Of a stretch of DNA of 64,000 nucleotides, positions 1 through 13,900 are shown one piece after another. The translations under genes and the position numbers were made by a program. The stretch comes from Octopus vulgaris. Taxonomy: Eukaryota. Position 1 is the stretch's first letter; the number at the start of each line of letters is the position of its first letter. The notes beneath the pieces were generated by a model. It saw nothing but the letters and a program-made list of their open reading frames with translations, was not told the DNA's origin and did no database searches. The stretch lies in assembly GCA_951406725.2 (NCBI GenBank), contig OX597835.1, positions 2,170,001 through 2,234,000 of the forward strand. Direction: 5' to 3'.

Positions 1-425
1 TTAAGGATTTATTTTCTATGATATCGGCAAAAGACTCCCACCAGCGTATAGACACGAGAACCAGCGGAATGGGAATCAAATAGTGCAAAGAGGGTTTGCA
101 TTTATATTGGAAATATGTGTAAGAGGCGATAAGAGTGACGGTAAGGAGAAAAACCAATACAGTCAGAAATATTCTGCCAAAAGATTTTTTTGTTGAATAG
201 TCAGCAGTGTAAGATGAGGGTTCCTTGAACAGTAAAATAGAAGCAACGAAGTCAATGAGACACGGAAAGAATGTGATGCCATATATTATAAGCACTGCCT
301 GCACTGGTTCCACGTTTGGCAGCAAAACAAACACGAGCATCCATAAACCAACAGTGTGAAGACATTCTGTTACGCAAATCTGGAAAACAAAGAAGAAATT
401 CGTGAGAAAACTGACAGAAATACAC

Positions 426-478
<53 letters not shown>

Positions 479-2004
479 TAGACAGACACACACGCACAAG
501 ATCATACTTCTCTATTCCTCGTGTTACCTCTATTCCTCTTGTCTTCATCGTCTCAAGTCTCCTTTCTAACCAGTCTTTTCTTCGAACGATGCCAGGCCTC
601 GGGAATATCCTTTCTGCATATTTTATTTCTTACAGCAGCCGCCAACATGCTGCTGTTCAATTAAAACACTAAAAACATCAATAAAGTCGATCAGGGCCCA
701 CGAGGGCCTGCGGAGACTTTGAGCACAGCCAGAGATCCTTCGAAGTAACTCCACTTCAGCCTCTTGTATTCGCGATCGTATCTTTCGGTCATTACCCAAC
801 ATTCGTGTCTACTGGGTGAGATTAGGCATGAAAGCCAAAATGAAGGTAACAAGCGTAACCTATTGCCAACCTCTTCTCTTCTGAGGATTGAATGCTGCAC
901 CTGGGGCATTGCTGTTCCAGCACCTGCAATTCTAACATCCAACCCAGCCTCCTACTTTCTACTACTCGCGAATACGACCCCAAGACAATTCTCCACTTAC
1001 CTCAAAACTGTGGCAATGAAGAGTGGTAATCCCAATTTTTAAAAGGAGACAAGTGAGAATACTCTGATTATCAACGAACCTCCTTATCGAGCCTTCTGTG
1101 TAGTCTATATTAGGTGTCTAGAAGAGAGATGTAGGGAAATTGTCGAGCTCGAGCTAGCTGAAGTGTGGCTTCCGTCTTGGAATGCTGCACAACCGACTAG
1201 ATATTCGCAATAGTTCGGCTAAATCTTGTTCTTGTTAAACCCAAGTCGGTCCTAATCAAATGGACCTACAATCAAAGGTGTTGAAACTCTGACCATATCA
1301 TTTTTATTTTCAGGTGTAGTATATCTAGAGTTGGATACACTTGTTATTTCTAGCAGGCTGAGTAAACCACATAAGGGTTTTCTCATTGGCGTGTCAAATA
1401 ATTACTTTACGTATCAGTACCATTGTGCAATTCACAAGTGTTTCGTTAAACTTACGGAGTAAATCTGAAATTCTGCCACCGAAAGAATTACGCAGACTTG
1501 CTAGAAATAACACCCTACTCTCTCTCTCAAATCACATGTTGTAATAAAAAAAGTAGGGACGCCTTGGACTATACTGTCTCAGAATCATCGTTTAGGAAAG
1601 AAGAAGAAGAAGAAGAAGAAGAAGAAGAAGAAGGACAACAACAACAATTAGGCAAATGATAAAGACATCGACTGGCAAATTCCACCAGGCCTTTTGTGAC
1701 GTCCTTAAAGCCAGGAACTTTTCAGCATTATTTACATTATTTACATTTGACGGATATTTGTCCTCATCTTGTTTCTTGTTAACACAATGTTTTGGCTGCT
1801 ATACCCACCAACCTCCATCAGATGTCTTGGGGAAATTTCGAACCTAGGTTCGACGACGAAGAAGGACAACAACAACAACAATTAGGCAAATGATAAAGAC
1901 ATCGACTGGCAAATTCCACCCTGAAAAAGAGCCAAGCGGCCTTTAAGAGGAACAGATAAAAACAATAACAGCGATAAGGACAATGACAATGCTTTTATAC
2001 TCAC

Positions 2005-2437
2005 CAGCACGAACCATTTTATTTTCAGCATGAACAGACGTTTGAAAATTACTCTCCACATATTAACCATAAATTCATAGATGTAGGGGCAGCAGATTAC
2101 CAGCAGCATGGCCCATATCCAAGAGACGTTTATTTCGCGACCATTGTTCGGGGAGGAAGTCGTTGTTGTACAATTTGAAATTGCTTTACAGAAATGCAGG
2201 AACTGGCTGCCGTTGTCACAGTGCTTTGGATCTTCGTTGATTCGTAAGGACTGGGTTAGTTTTATTAAAGTGATTCTGTTGGTAACGGCCAGGGAGAAGA
2301 TCAAGATCGTTAATACACAGGCACAGAGTAGTTTGAACAGGATTTTCAAGAGTGTCATCTGAATGACATTCCCATGGCGGAAATTACTGCGGGAGGTTTC
2401 TGTAAACACGTCCCACGGCAGCTTAGGGCGGTGATTA
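2005..2437 (-). CDS. CHS: Chitin synthase paralogue B exon 2 (PWDVF...WIWAMLLVICCPY...WRVIFK); gene continues beyond the left edge
   Basis: Homologous to gene A exon 2 with the same intron phases (2/0) and similar size (433 vs 427 nt); tttcag acceptor, gtgagt donor. Confidence 0.88.
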
Positions 2438-2711
2438 CTGAAATAAACGAATTTAGAGAACGAACAATCCATTAATTGTAATTAATTACTTGTTTCTCAC
2501 ATATAAACTAAACATTTGGATGGATTGAAAAAGAGATCAAATGACACACAAAGATGCGCGCGCACACACACACATGCACACACACACACACACGCACATA
2601 CATACGCACGCACACACACACACACACACACACATACACACACACACAAAGAGAAAAGAAGCATTGACCATAGCACTTTACTGGTATTACATTATAGCGA
2701 TTTTGGAGGGC

Positions 2712-3487
2712 TAAACTAAATGCAAAAGAAATAGACAAAAAAAAATCCCAGCAATGGTTGAGAAGCTCAGGACTCAAAGCAGAGACAGAGGGATTTTTAA
2801 TTGCAGCACAAGACCAAATCCTCCCCACCAGAAATTACCAAAAACATGTAATGAAAAGAAATATAACAAGTAACTGCAGAATATGTGGAGATGGACAAGA
2901 AACAATAAATCATATTATCTCTGGCTGCCCAGTCCCGGCTAAGAAGGAATATATTCACAGACACGACAGAGTTGGGACCTACATACACCGGAAGCTCTGC
3001 TAACATTATGGAATAACAACAGAAAAAAGATGGTATAGGCACACGCCAGAAAAGCTTACAGAAAACAAGAAAGCAACCATACTCTGGGATATGCCGATAC
3101 ACACAGATAGGGAAATTAAGGCCAATAGGCCAGATATAGTTGTCAGAGATCATGAAGAAAAAAAATGCTTTCTAATTGATGTATCAATACCAGCAGATGA
3201 CAATGTTTCTCCAAAAGAAATGGAGAAACTTTCAAAATACAAAGACCTGGAAATGGAGGTAACCAGAATGTGGAATCTAAAAACAGAAACAATTCCTATC
3301 ACCAGGACTTACAAATATATATATCATACAGAAAATTGCACTACTGGGCAACTGCACACGTCCTACGCAAAACACTTTCAATACAGTGAAAATAAGAGCA
3401 TCACAGCAAACCACAGCACATACCCAAGGCACACAGAGCTGCGCTCGGTAGTGAAGTGAAAGCACGCTATAAAAATAAAACTACTGA
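2712..3487 (+). mobile_element. R4/Dong 3' fragment (same family as 53074-55812)
   Basis: SSGLKAETEGFLIAAQDQ...RHDRVG...ANRPDIVV; in-frame stop and internal deletion; ends in AAT/AAC tract. Confidence 0.88.
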
Positions 3488-3537
3488 ATAATAATAGTAA
3501 CAACAACAACAACAACAACAACAATAATAATAAAAAT

Positions 3538-5345
3538 AATGGCCTGGATAGACTTCAAAAGGCTTACGACATGTTGCCGCATTCGTGGATTTTGGAAACA
3601 CTCGACAGAAGTGGAATAGCTGAGAAGGTATGTGCACTGATTAAGAACTGGATGCCTAGTTGGAAAAGGTGTCTTTCCTGTAAGAACCAGCACTTAGCCG
3701 AGGTATCTTCCAAGGAGACTCTTGTTCACGCCTGTTATTTGTTATAGCCTTGATCCCACTATTTGTAGTTCTACGTAAAATCAACGTGTAGCACTATGAG
3801 CTGAGAAAGAACGGACCTCGTCTCAACCACCTTCTCTCTTCACGGATGATTTAAAACTGTTGGCAAAAACAGAGCCTGAAATGGAGAGGCTGTTTGAGAC
3901 TGTGCAAGTGTGCTGCAAGGATATAGCGATGGAATTCGGTATCTCGAAGTGTGCAGTGCTTACTTTGAAGCGGGGGGAAAAGAGTAAATTGTAGGGGAGA
4001 GAACGGAAGACCCGGATGATGATGGGTAGAAGTACCTTGGGATCCTGGAGCTGGTCAATATCTTGCACAGAGAAATGAAAGACAAGGTCACCACTACATA
4101 TTTCAAGTGCTTCAAACTTCTCTTGAAATCGAAGCTCGACTCAAGGAACCTTGTGACTACCATGAAAATATGGGCTGTTGCTGTAGTCCACAATAGTGCA
4201 CCCATCTTGAGATAGATACAAGCGGATATTGACCAACTGCATCGCACTACCCGAAAGACAATGACAATGTACACAGACTGTATATGAAGAGAGGTAAAGG
4301 TGGACGTAGGCTGATTAGCGTATGGGAGTGCATCAATAGTGAAAGAAGAAAATTGGCAGAATATTTGGTAAAACAGCAAAGAAGACCTACAACACAGTAA
4401 GCTGCTAGTGCAAAAGGAGTTAAGAAAAGTGGACTTGAGAGTGCTCATGAATTCCGAACAAGGACAGCCAACAAAAACAGCCGATTCCGTATGGAATTAC
4501 ATGGTCAGTTCCACCGTGAAACCAACAAATTAAGAGACCAGGAAACATCATGGAGATGGCTCAACAAGGGTGACCGAAACTCGAATACTGAAAGCCTAAT
4601 CATCGCAGCCCAGGAGCAGGCATTGAATACCAATTCAGTGAAAAAGAATATATACCACGCAAGTGCATCGGACCTCTGCAGGACGTGTGGGAAGAGGGTG
4701 GAAAGTGCGACTCACGTTGCGCAGAAAGAGTAGAAGCGCAGACGCGGCAAAGTAGCCCAAAACCTCCACTGGATACTGTGCCGTAAGTATGAATCTGAGG
4801 TTACGGGTGCTTGGCACTAACATACACCGGAAAAGGTAATGGACGAAAAGGGAAGGCAAAAATCCCCTGGGACTTCGATTTCCACACAGACAAAGTGTTA
4901 GAGCACAGAAAGCCGGTTATAGTAAACCTTTAGGAGGGACAAACAAGAGTGCCAAATAATTGATGTGGTGGTGCCAGGAGATCAACATAGCATCATAAAA
5001 GAAAGAGAAAAAGTTGATAAATATGGAGGCCTGACAATTGAGATCGCTAAGATGTGGCAGCTACGGGAGTCGGACATAAAAGTTATCCCTGCTGTTATCG
5101 GAGCATTGGGTTCAATACCACCCAATCTGAAAAAAAACAAAAAAAACATGTGAAGACTTTAGAAATACCCTACAATCTTGGTGTATTGCAAAAAATCGGC
5201 TTTACTTGGAACTGTACGCATATTGCGTAAAGTATTCTGTCTGTCTGAGGTCCTTGTTGTGACTTGACAGACAGTGCAAACCCCCGGTCGGCACAATATC
5301 GTCAATCAACAACCCCGCGATATTGTACACTGTGCGACATCTATA
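3538..5345 (+). mobile_element. Degraded R4/Dong-type element (third family), RT to RLE
   Basis: AWIDF, LFTDDLKL-like, LHGQF, ESLIIAAQEQAL, KVIPAVIGALG; ends at an AAT/AAC tract. Confidence 0.8.
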
Positions 5346-5389
5346 ATAATAATGATAATGATGATGATGATGATGATGATGACGATGGT

Positions 5390-5461
<72 letters not shown>

Positions 5462-5814
5462 AATAATAATAATAATAATAATAATGATGATAATAATAAT
5501 AATAATTTCAAATTTTCTCACGAAGCCAGCTACTTCGGGAAGGGGACAAGTTGATGTCATCAACCCCGCTGATCAAGTCGTGCTTATTTCCTCGACAACG
5601 AAAGGATGAAAGAGAAAGTCACCCTCGGAGGCATTTGAACTCAGAACGTTAAGAACCGGAAGAAATTGGACTTGGGATTGGATTTGAACTCAGAACTTGA
5701 AAGACCCTAAATCCAAGACCACCAATATTCAGTACTTTTGATTGGCACTGATTTTGCTGCCAGCCTGCTGTTATGTTCTGGTTTGTTTTTTTGGAATAAA
5801 TAAAGGTTACCTAC

Positions 5815-5936
5815 TGATCTGAATGTTGGGGTTCTCGCAGGGTAAAGTTACCCTGATGTTCATTTTCGAAAGCATGGTTATCGTAAGAAACTTTTCCCAG
5901 TTTGGCAGCCATGTTTGCTCTAGTGATTGTTGTCAT
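5815..5936 (-). CDS. CHS: Chitin synthase paralogue B, probable first coding exon (MTTITRANMAAKLGKVSYDNHAFENE...)
   Basis: Acceptor before 5984, two in-frame TGA upstream of ATG 5936 (alternative ATG 5912 in CAAACATGG context). gtaggt donor in phase 2 matches the next exon. YDNHAF resembles FVNHAY of gene A exon 1. Confidence 0.7.
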
Positions 5937-6039
5937 TTGTTCATCTCCGTTCGTAATCCCTGCTCAGCCCACACCGCTTGGTCACTGAAAGGTAACAAAA
6001 AACAGAAACACTGAAGTAAGAATACACTAAACAGTTCTT

Positions 6040-6060
6040 CCTCTCTCTCTCTCGCTTTTC

Positions 6061-6096
<36 letters not shown>

Positions 6097-6342
6097 TCTC
6101 TCTCTCTCTCTTTTCTTCCCCTCTCTCTCTCTCTCTCCCTCTCTCTTTTGTTCCTCTCTCTCTCTCTTTTCTTCCTATCTATCTCTCTTTTGTTCCTCTC
6201 TCTCTCTCTTTTGCTCCTCTCTCTCTCTCTTTTGTTCCTCTCTCTCTCTCTTTTTTTCTTCCTCTCTCTCTCTCTCTCTTTTCTTCCTCTCTCTCTCTCT
6301 TTTCTTCCTCTCTCTCTCTTTTCTTCCTCTCTCTCTCTTTTA

Positions 6343-6385
<43 letters not shown>
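6040..6385. repeat. (CT)n-rich compound microsatellite
   Basis: Direct reading. Confidence 0.9.
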
Positions 6386-6389
6386 CTCC

Positions 6390-6875
6390 CTCTGTGGTGA
6401 GCAAGAATGAAACTTTTTGGGGCGTGGTGACATCGAATTCCTTCACTGACTTAATTGCTGCTACATTTCCGGGCCGTAGCATTGCTTTCGTCACCAGTGG
6501 TAACCTTTGAATAAAGGTCAGGATCAACTTTCCACAGTTCTTTCAGTTCACAACAGGATCAATCATTCAGCCATGGCAGCTTTTGATCTTCTGTGAACAA
6601 GCAAGTTACAAATTTTGCTGCAACTCTTTTCATTTGCTCTTCCTCACTCAAAATTCGTTGGCAGGAGCTCCAGGACTCACCAGTCATATCAACAAGTTCG
6701 CCAGTTGTTAGGTGACGTTCCTCCAAGATCAGGTCATGAAATTTCGTGATGTTTTCATTCGATCGAGAGGTCGACGGTCACCTTGAACGAGGTTGGTCTT
6801 CAAGCGACATGTGACCATCCCTAAAGTGTGGAAACCACCCGTAAACTTGTGTTTTGCCCATGAGCGTCCTTATAA
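6390..6875 (-). mobile_element. Mariner transposase relic
   Basis: Reverse translation resembles MSKTQVYGWF..F..G..SLEDQPRS..PSTSR...KRVAAKFV of mariner HTH regions; disrupted. Confidence 0.7.
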
Positions 6876-6879
6876 GCTA

Positions 6880-7395
6880 TTTGAGACATGATAACTGTTT
6901 CGGTGGCCGTTTTCCCCGGCAGCACGGTGTTCTTTCGGTCCAACCATCGCAAAAATCGACGAAGAGGAGAGAAGCAGTACAAAACAAAGACGCACCACGT
7001 GGAAGTAGGACGACACACAATGACGCCGCCGGTCGACAGACTGATGCCAGAGGGTCGCATCAAGTGACTCTACCTGCGGAAGCCTGAACTACAACGGGCT
7101 TGTCCCACAGAGAACGTTCGCGGTTACTTTTGGGTACCTCCTTTCGGCGAAGAGCTGGATTCGTCTTACACAAGACAGAAGTTGCGCAACACGAGCCCAG
7201 AGGGCGCTAATGCACGCACGTTGGATGATTGCATGCAGGACGGTTTCGTCCTTCTGCATGCAACTCGCGCAGGTTCGGCTGTTGGTATTTTCATGCCTCA
7301 AGATCTGATCTCGAACAGGCAATGATCTTCTGTAGCACTGTCATGCCAAAAACCTTTGGAACCTGTCCATAGTCTTCAACCAGAAAGTTCTCTGG
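6880..7395 (-). mobile_element. Tx1/L1-like LINE 3' fragment
   Basis: LPVRD...CASC..KDETVLHAIIQ...ALW resembles the RT-associated zinc-binding region. Confidence 0.55.
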
Positions 7396-7399
7396 ACAC

Positions 7400-7905
7400 A
7401 TGATACAATCATCGAGTCGAAAGAGTCGGAGAAATATAAGATTTTGTGGGACTTTCCTGTTCAAACAGAAGTTAGAAAATAATAGAACAGACATAACGAT
7501 TATAGATAAGGAAAAGCAAAGCTGCTTACTTATCGATCCATCATGCCCATTTGATTCCAGAATTGTAAAAAAAAAAAAGAGGAAAACAAGAAAATACAAT
7601 CCCTTAAAGTTTGAAATAGGAAGAATTTGGGGTATGCGAACAGTAAAGGTCGTGCCTATAATAATTGGTAGGCTGGGATCAGTAAGCAAAGATATACACA
7701 AATGGCTGAAGGAGACTGAAATAGAATGCCCGGTAGAGCTCGTACAGGAAGTCTGTCTCTTAGGGACAGCAAGGATTATCAGGAGGGTTTTAAGCATTTG
7801 AAAGACTGCTGAAAACTTGTGGACACCTAAGGTTACAGGAAGTAACCCGCTACCCAGATAATTCCTACCAGGAATAAGACCAAACCTAAGCCAAACCAAA
7901 ATAAT
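7400..7905 (+). mobile_element. R4/Dong-type RLE domain fragment (fourth family)
   Basis: NRTDITII..CLLIDPSCP..KY..L..VVPIIIGRLG..VCLLGTARIIRRVL. Confidence 0.75.
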
Positions 7906-8287
7906 AGCAATAATGCTTTTAATATGTATTTATATCTCTATTCGAACTTCCCAGATTTTATCAGATAAACTAACCTCATTGTTTATTGTTTGTATCTTAT
8001 CAAATGTGACTTGTGTTACTTATTTCATTCTATAAGATATGAAAGAATTCACTAAAACTGTTGATAAATCTATTCCGGTTCGCTGTGTTTGTATTGATTC
8101 GACATTTTTGAGATTTTTGCAGCTTTAACATTTCAATTTCAGATAAACTACATCGGCTCTTATCATGCAACTAACTACATACTTAAAACACATGCGCATG
8201 CACTTATACTCACAAACGCGCGCACACATATACATATATGCATTCACATGCACACGTATATGTGTGTGTGTGTGCGCACGTGTATAA

Positions 8288-8342
<55 letters not shown>

Positions 8343-9197
8343 CTCAGTCAAATGATTGAAACCAATAAAATAAGAACAGGCACACACACACACACACACT
8401 TATAAATGTGAGTGTATGAGGTTATGTATGTGTGTTCGTTATATCGCACGTTCGGATGGCGTGCCTTCGCCAATAACGTACCTCTACTCGACTACCGAAC
8501 TCTCTCATCCGACGACTCGACTCAACAGAACTCGACATCTTGTCTACCGACGGTTCCGGCTCACTCTACTCGACGCTTATTTTCTTTATTACAGGCATCT
8601 GAGACTCCCTTCAGTCATGAATGACCATGGGATTGCACCTAGAAAGTTCCCCCTCCGAGGCACAAGTCCGGGCAAGATTGTTTATGGAAGACCAGCAGTC
8701 GCTCATGCATAACGGCATCCCTTCTCCATGCCACCAGTGTTATCCAAGGGAAAGGCAAAAGGGCCGATACAGCTTGGCACCTGTGACATCGCAACTCATT
8801 TCTACAGCTGAATTAACTGGAGCAACATGAAATAAAGTGTCTTGCTCAAGAACACAACACACAGCCCGGTCCGGGATTCGAGCTCACAACCTCACAACCT
8901 CACAATCATAAGCTCGACGCTTTAACACTGAGCCATGCGCCTATTATAGGGATAAATCCCGAACGAGGACAGACAACAGAAAACGTGGGGTAGATAGAAC
9001 GAAGCGTATGAAATATGAATTTAAAGAATTAAAGAATGAAAAAATGCAATGGCTTACCCACTCCCCAAAGCGAGCAGTTCCATTTTACTGTTCCAATAAA
9101 TCGAAATTTCATCAGTCTTTTATACGATTTTACATATTTCGCATGTAATCCGTCATCAAACTCGACAACATTCGCGAATGTCTCGTACTGAAAGAAC

Positions 9198-9340
9198 AGT
9201 CCAGTTTTCCTTATTCTTGTCCAGTTTTCCTTATTCTTGTCCAGTTTTCCTTATTCTTGTCCAGTTTTCCTTATTCTTGTCCAGTTTTCCTTATTCTTGT
9301 CCTGTTTTCTTTATTCTTGTCCAGTTCTCCTTATTCTTGT
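9198..9340. repeat. 20-bp minisatellite (GTCCAGTTTTCCTTATTCTT) ~7 copies
   Basis: Direct reading. Confidence 0.9.
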
Positions 9341-10386
9341 TCCAAACAATTCCATCAATTTCTCGACTCTCTCTCTCTCTCTCTCTCCAACAGTACTGCT
9401 CTTTCCTCGCGACCAAACACCTCTTCATCCAGTCGTACCCTTATTACGGTAAATTCTTCACCTTTGCAATCTTTTCCTCAATTCCCAAATTCTTATCGTA
9501 AATTCTCGTCGTTCTTAAGTGTCGTCCAATCGGTGGCTTTCTTTGCCTCACATATTCCATTCTCCTCCTTACTTCCTCTTTCCACTCCTCATATTTCTCC
9601 TCCCTGTTTATTTCTTCTCTCCTACTTATTGTTGGCTCTGGTTCTGGGGTTCGATTTTCACTCTCGTCTCTTTTCTCTACTAAATTTTTTTCCCTTGTAC
9701 TTTTCCCGCTTTTCTCTTCTTTCTCGGGCTTTTTGGCGCTGACTCCGCACTTGTTCTTTTTCTGTCTCCTACTATTTCCTCATCCTTCTTTTCCTCCACC
9801 ACTATTACTGCTTCCACTTCTGCCTGGTTCTCCGTTCTTTCCTCTTGTCTCTGGGGACACCTTACCTTCACGTGTCCCCTTGTACCGCAATTATAACATA
9901 TTGACAGCGGCCATGCTGGAGCACCGCCTTTAGTCGAGCAAATCGACCCCAGGACTTATTCTTTGTAAGCCTAGTACTTATTCTATCGGTCTCTTTTGCC
10001 GAACCGCTAAGTTACGGGGACGTAAACACACCAGCATCAGTTGTCAAGCGATGTTGGGGGGACAAACACAGACACACAAACACACACACACACACACATA
10101 CACATACATACATATACATATATACGACGGGCTTCTTTCAGTTTCCGTCTACCAAATCCACTCACAAGGTGTTGGTCGGCCCGAGGCTATAGTAGAAGGC
10201 ACTTGCCCAAGGTGCCACGCAGTGGGACTGAACCCGGAACCATGTGGTTGGTAAGCAAGCTACTTGCCACACAGCCACTCCTACGCCTATGTGTGTAAGG
10301 AATTTCATTAGAACGACTGTGATTTAGAAAAAGTGAAGTAAAAGATATTTTAAAAGCATACTTTTCTGTTTGTAATCATGCTTATT

Positions 10387-10454
<68 letters not shown>

Positions 10455-11271
10455 GCTTTATGTGGGGTGGAGGTTAAATATTTAAATGACAAGCTTTTTC
10501 GTTGTTGCTTAAATCCCAGCAATGGACCAGCGCATCATCATTCCATAAAATGTGTTTAAGAGGAGAAAAATATTGAAAAATCATGAACACATGTCAGAGT
10601 GACAAAGAAACGAGGAAGGTACCCGGTAGTCGTTGGATGTGCTAGAAACAACAGCTAAATCTTCCTTAAATCGCACACCTTTCCGTCTGAAAATTATTTT
10701 GAAATTATAAAGAGAAACAAATTACAGATTCGGACCGTCCGTAATTTTAAAATCATGATTTAAAAAAACAGATCGAAAAAAAGCCGAAATTTTAAGATTT
10801 TTGGAGGGATTGGATTAATGAAAGGAATAAAAAAATGGTTTCACTATTGTTTCGAAATAAAGTTTCATTTTCTCTCTGAAAATAAAGAAAGTGGGGATTG
10901 CGATGGTAATCGCCGATTTCCAAAAGCAAAAGGGCCAAATCGTTTCTGAGTGGAGGAGGAGTGTCTGAAAAAATACATTTTCAAAAACCTTTTTCTACCG
11001 AGAAACGAACCCCCCCCCCAAAAAAAAAACGAAAATCAAAAAAGACAAAATCGGTCCGGAAAAGGGAAGAGAGATTCATATATTTTCAAGACAGTTTTTC
11101 ATTAAGAAAAGCTTCTCCCATCATTTGGCAAGGGTGTGGAGATAAAAATATTTGAAAACTCATCGTTAAAACGGAGATGATACAGTTTATGTGGTTGTGC
11201 TATTGCGAATGTCTGCCAAGGCATTCAATTGTGAAAATTACCTGGCAAGGATGGGATACTCAGCCAGTATA

Positions 11272-11595
11272 TACAGTAATCTCTCGCCATATCGCGGTTC
11301 ACCAATCGCGGTTCACCAATCGCGGTTCACCTCGCGGTTCATCGCGGTTCACCAATCGCGGTTCACCAATCGCGGTTCACCAATCGCGGTTCACCAATCG
11401 CGGTTCACCAATCGCGGTTTATTATCTAAGCTTACCTCGATCCCTCCGAGGTGTTGTTTTGCATTTACTATAAAATAAATATATACAAATTATAAAAATG
11501 ATTTAAAAAGTATACAGTACAGTACTGTTTATATATCACGGATTTTCACCTATCGCGGAAGTTTTTGGAACCTAACACTTGCCATTGTCAAGGAA
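11272..11595 (+). mobile_element. Tigger/pogo-like MITE relic with an amplified 14-bp subterminal motif (ATCGCGGTTCACCA ~9x, 11291-11419)
   Basis: TA-CAGTAAT... terminus; the motif recurs as ttttcacctatcgcgg near 11543; right end degenerate. Confidence 0.55.
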
Positions 11596-11797
11596 GTTAG
11601 GAAGAATATCCTTCTGATCTTCCCCTCTTTCTCCTTTACTAAAACAAAACAAAACAAAATAAAATACCCTTTTTCGATTCATAAAAAGCCGAAGAAACTT
11701 TCTGTTTTATCATCTTGGATTTACTTTTTTGAAGAATTCGGTTAAACGGATGAAAGCGCTAATAAAGAAATATGGAAAATTCTGACTGCCTTCTTAA

Positions 11798-12192
11798 TCT
11801 ATATATAGAGAGCTGAAGTTGTCTGTGCGTGTGGCAGGTGTTGGTAGCCTCCAACTAACACTACCTCCTCCGAGACCCTGCGGCGCAAGTTGACCAAAAT
11901 TGAGAGTATGATAGAAGAAGGCTTGCTCTTCATTCCGTAGAAGATAAAATTAAAATCGGACCATGTTAAGAACAAAAATTATTTACATCAAAAAGGGGCT
12001 TTTTTTTTCTATGAAAATCCCTATTTCTTTCGATGTTTTGACTGCTGTGTCGCCATTTTTCGGTGTATTTCCACCAGAAAAATGTTCACTTAAAGAGAAT
12101 AACAAGCTACATAATGCAAAATTTTTACTTTTCAAAAATTCCAATTCTAAAGGGTTGAAACAAACCCGAGCAACGCCGGGCGATACTGCTAG
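11798..12192 (+). mobile_element. Non-autonomous Helitron
   Basis: 5' TC, 3' CTAG, inserted between A and T, subterminal hairpin cccgagcaacgccggg (12165-12180). Confidence 0.75.
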
Positions 12193-12329
12193 TATGTATA
12201 TATAGTGCAAATTTACAGAAAATAAAAGACGAAGATAGGTGGGGGAACAACAAACAGGTGTAAAGCTCGGGAAGAATGGAAAAGTCTTTGATGTTTTGAG
12301 CCTACGCTCTTCGACAGAAAAGGTTGAGG

Positions 12330-13900
12330 GGAAAGGCTAAATACTGTTGTCATGCTGGGGCACCGCCACTGTTATCACCTTCTCAGTGGCCAGTCTTTCG
12401 GTGCCAACCTCTCCAGGGTCTCCCATACGTATATCACTGCATATCTCTTCCGTCTTCGCCACAGAGAGTTGAATTGTAGTTCTTTTAGCCCCCACCCCCT
12501 GTAGCTCTCGGGTTCTCAGAATCAGTCTAACCATTTTCGTGCTCATTGCTACCATCTCACTGGTAGGCACATGAAACGAGGCATTAGTGTTCATATTAAT
12601 CCTCAGATAAAGCATTCTACTTGACCCTGGAATTGCAGCTCCTTTTGGTCCAAAGTATCTTTGCTGCAGCGTGTTAAGCGGGAAGTGGGGGCTTGGAATT
12701 TTCCTGCATTAAATTGCAAGTTTTTTTTTCAGTCCATTCATATATGGCATCTAGGTCTTTCTCCAGAAGATTAGCATCGAGAGGTTCCTTGGTTGCTTGT
12801 ACTACTTCTGTATCATCGGCATACTAGTGAGTGTGGCTGTCTGTAAATGAAGCCATGTCCGATAGAGCTACCATGGATCACAGCGACTACAAGGCAGTTC
12901 TCTGAGGCACTCCACTCGCTATTACTATCTCCCTGGAGAGGGCCCGTTGGCTACCACAGCCTAGCTTCTCTCTTTTAAGAAGTCATGTAACAACTCTCCC
13001 GGGTCTCCGTAGCTTGTGACATATCATCCCATGATCAATCTTATCAAAAGCATTCGCAAAATCGAAGTCTCTAACATCCACGTTTGAGCGATTTATTAGT
13101 TGTTCAAATACAGAAATAATGCTGAAGAAGCTGTACAAGACAGCTTCTTCCTGAGTGGAAGTCGTGCTCGATGTCAGGGAGCAAGTAATTATCTCCTAGG
13201 AACGTGATCAGCTTCTTCCAGACATTGTATTCCTAGATGTTGATGATATGTGAGGTTAGAGAGACAGGCCAATAATTGTTAGCATCTGCTCTGCCACTTC
13301 TTTTGTGGCTATGACATATCATGCTTTACTTAAATTCCTTTAATCAATAAATTCCATCTCTTTGTGTAGAACTGAAGTGTCGAAGAACTCATCAGGCAAA
13401 ATTATTTGCAAGCGTCCTAACAGAGATGGGAAAACACTTTTGTGTTACACATTCAATATTTCACTAATCCTCTGGGGGGCACTGCAGTCGGTGAGCTGTT
13501 TTCTTCGCACAGTGGCCCTAACTTGTATCGTACTGAAGCAGATTTGCAAGTCTACAGAAAGCTTTAGGGTTTGCCTTTACCTTCTTTACAATCCTGAGTT
13601 CTTTCTCTGCCCTCTCCCTTTCAAGGGAGTCTTTGAGTTCACTTTCAATCGCAAGCAGTTTGTGACTGGATTCTGTGCTTTCCTTCTTGGACAGTTTGAA
13701 ATCTTTGCTCGTCGTTACATTAGAATCTTCCTATCCCTGGGAATTATGTTTTGTTTTTGTTGGTTTGACATTCAGGAGCAAATTTACTGCATATGTCATG
13801 CATGATTGTCACAAAGTTCTGTCGTTTTATGTCAATATCTCGTGTAGAGAGACTCGTCGACCAGTTTTGTTCATTAGTCTCATTCTGACAGACTGGCTCG
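12330..13900 (-). mobile_element. Degenerate CR1/L2-type LINE ORF2 fragment
   Basis: Reverse reading gives relics of NYWPVSLTS, DFANAFDKIDHG, SGVPQ, YADDT. Confidence 0.65.

Noticed and set aside
5264-6527. Poly-N/T/I and ER-repeat ORFs
   Set aside because: Translations of (AAC)n/(AAT)n and (CT)n microsatellites.
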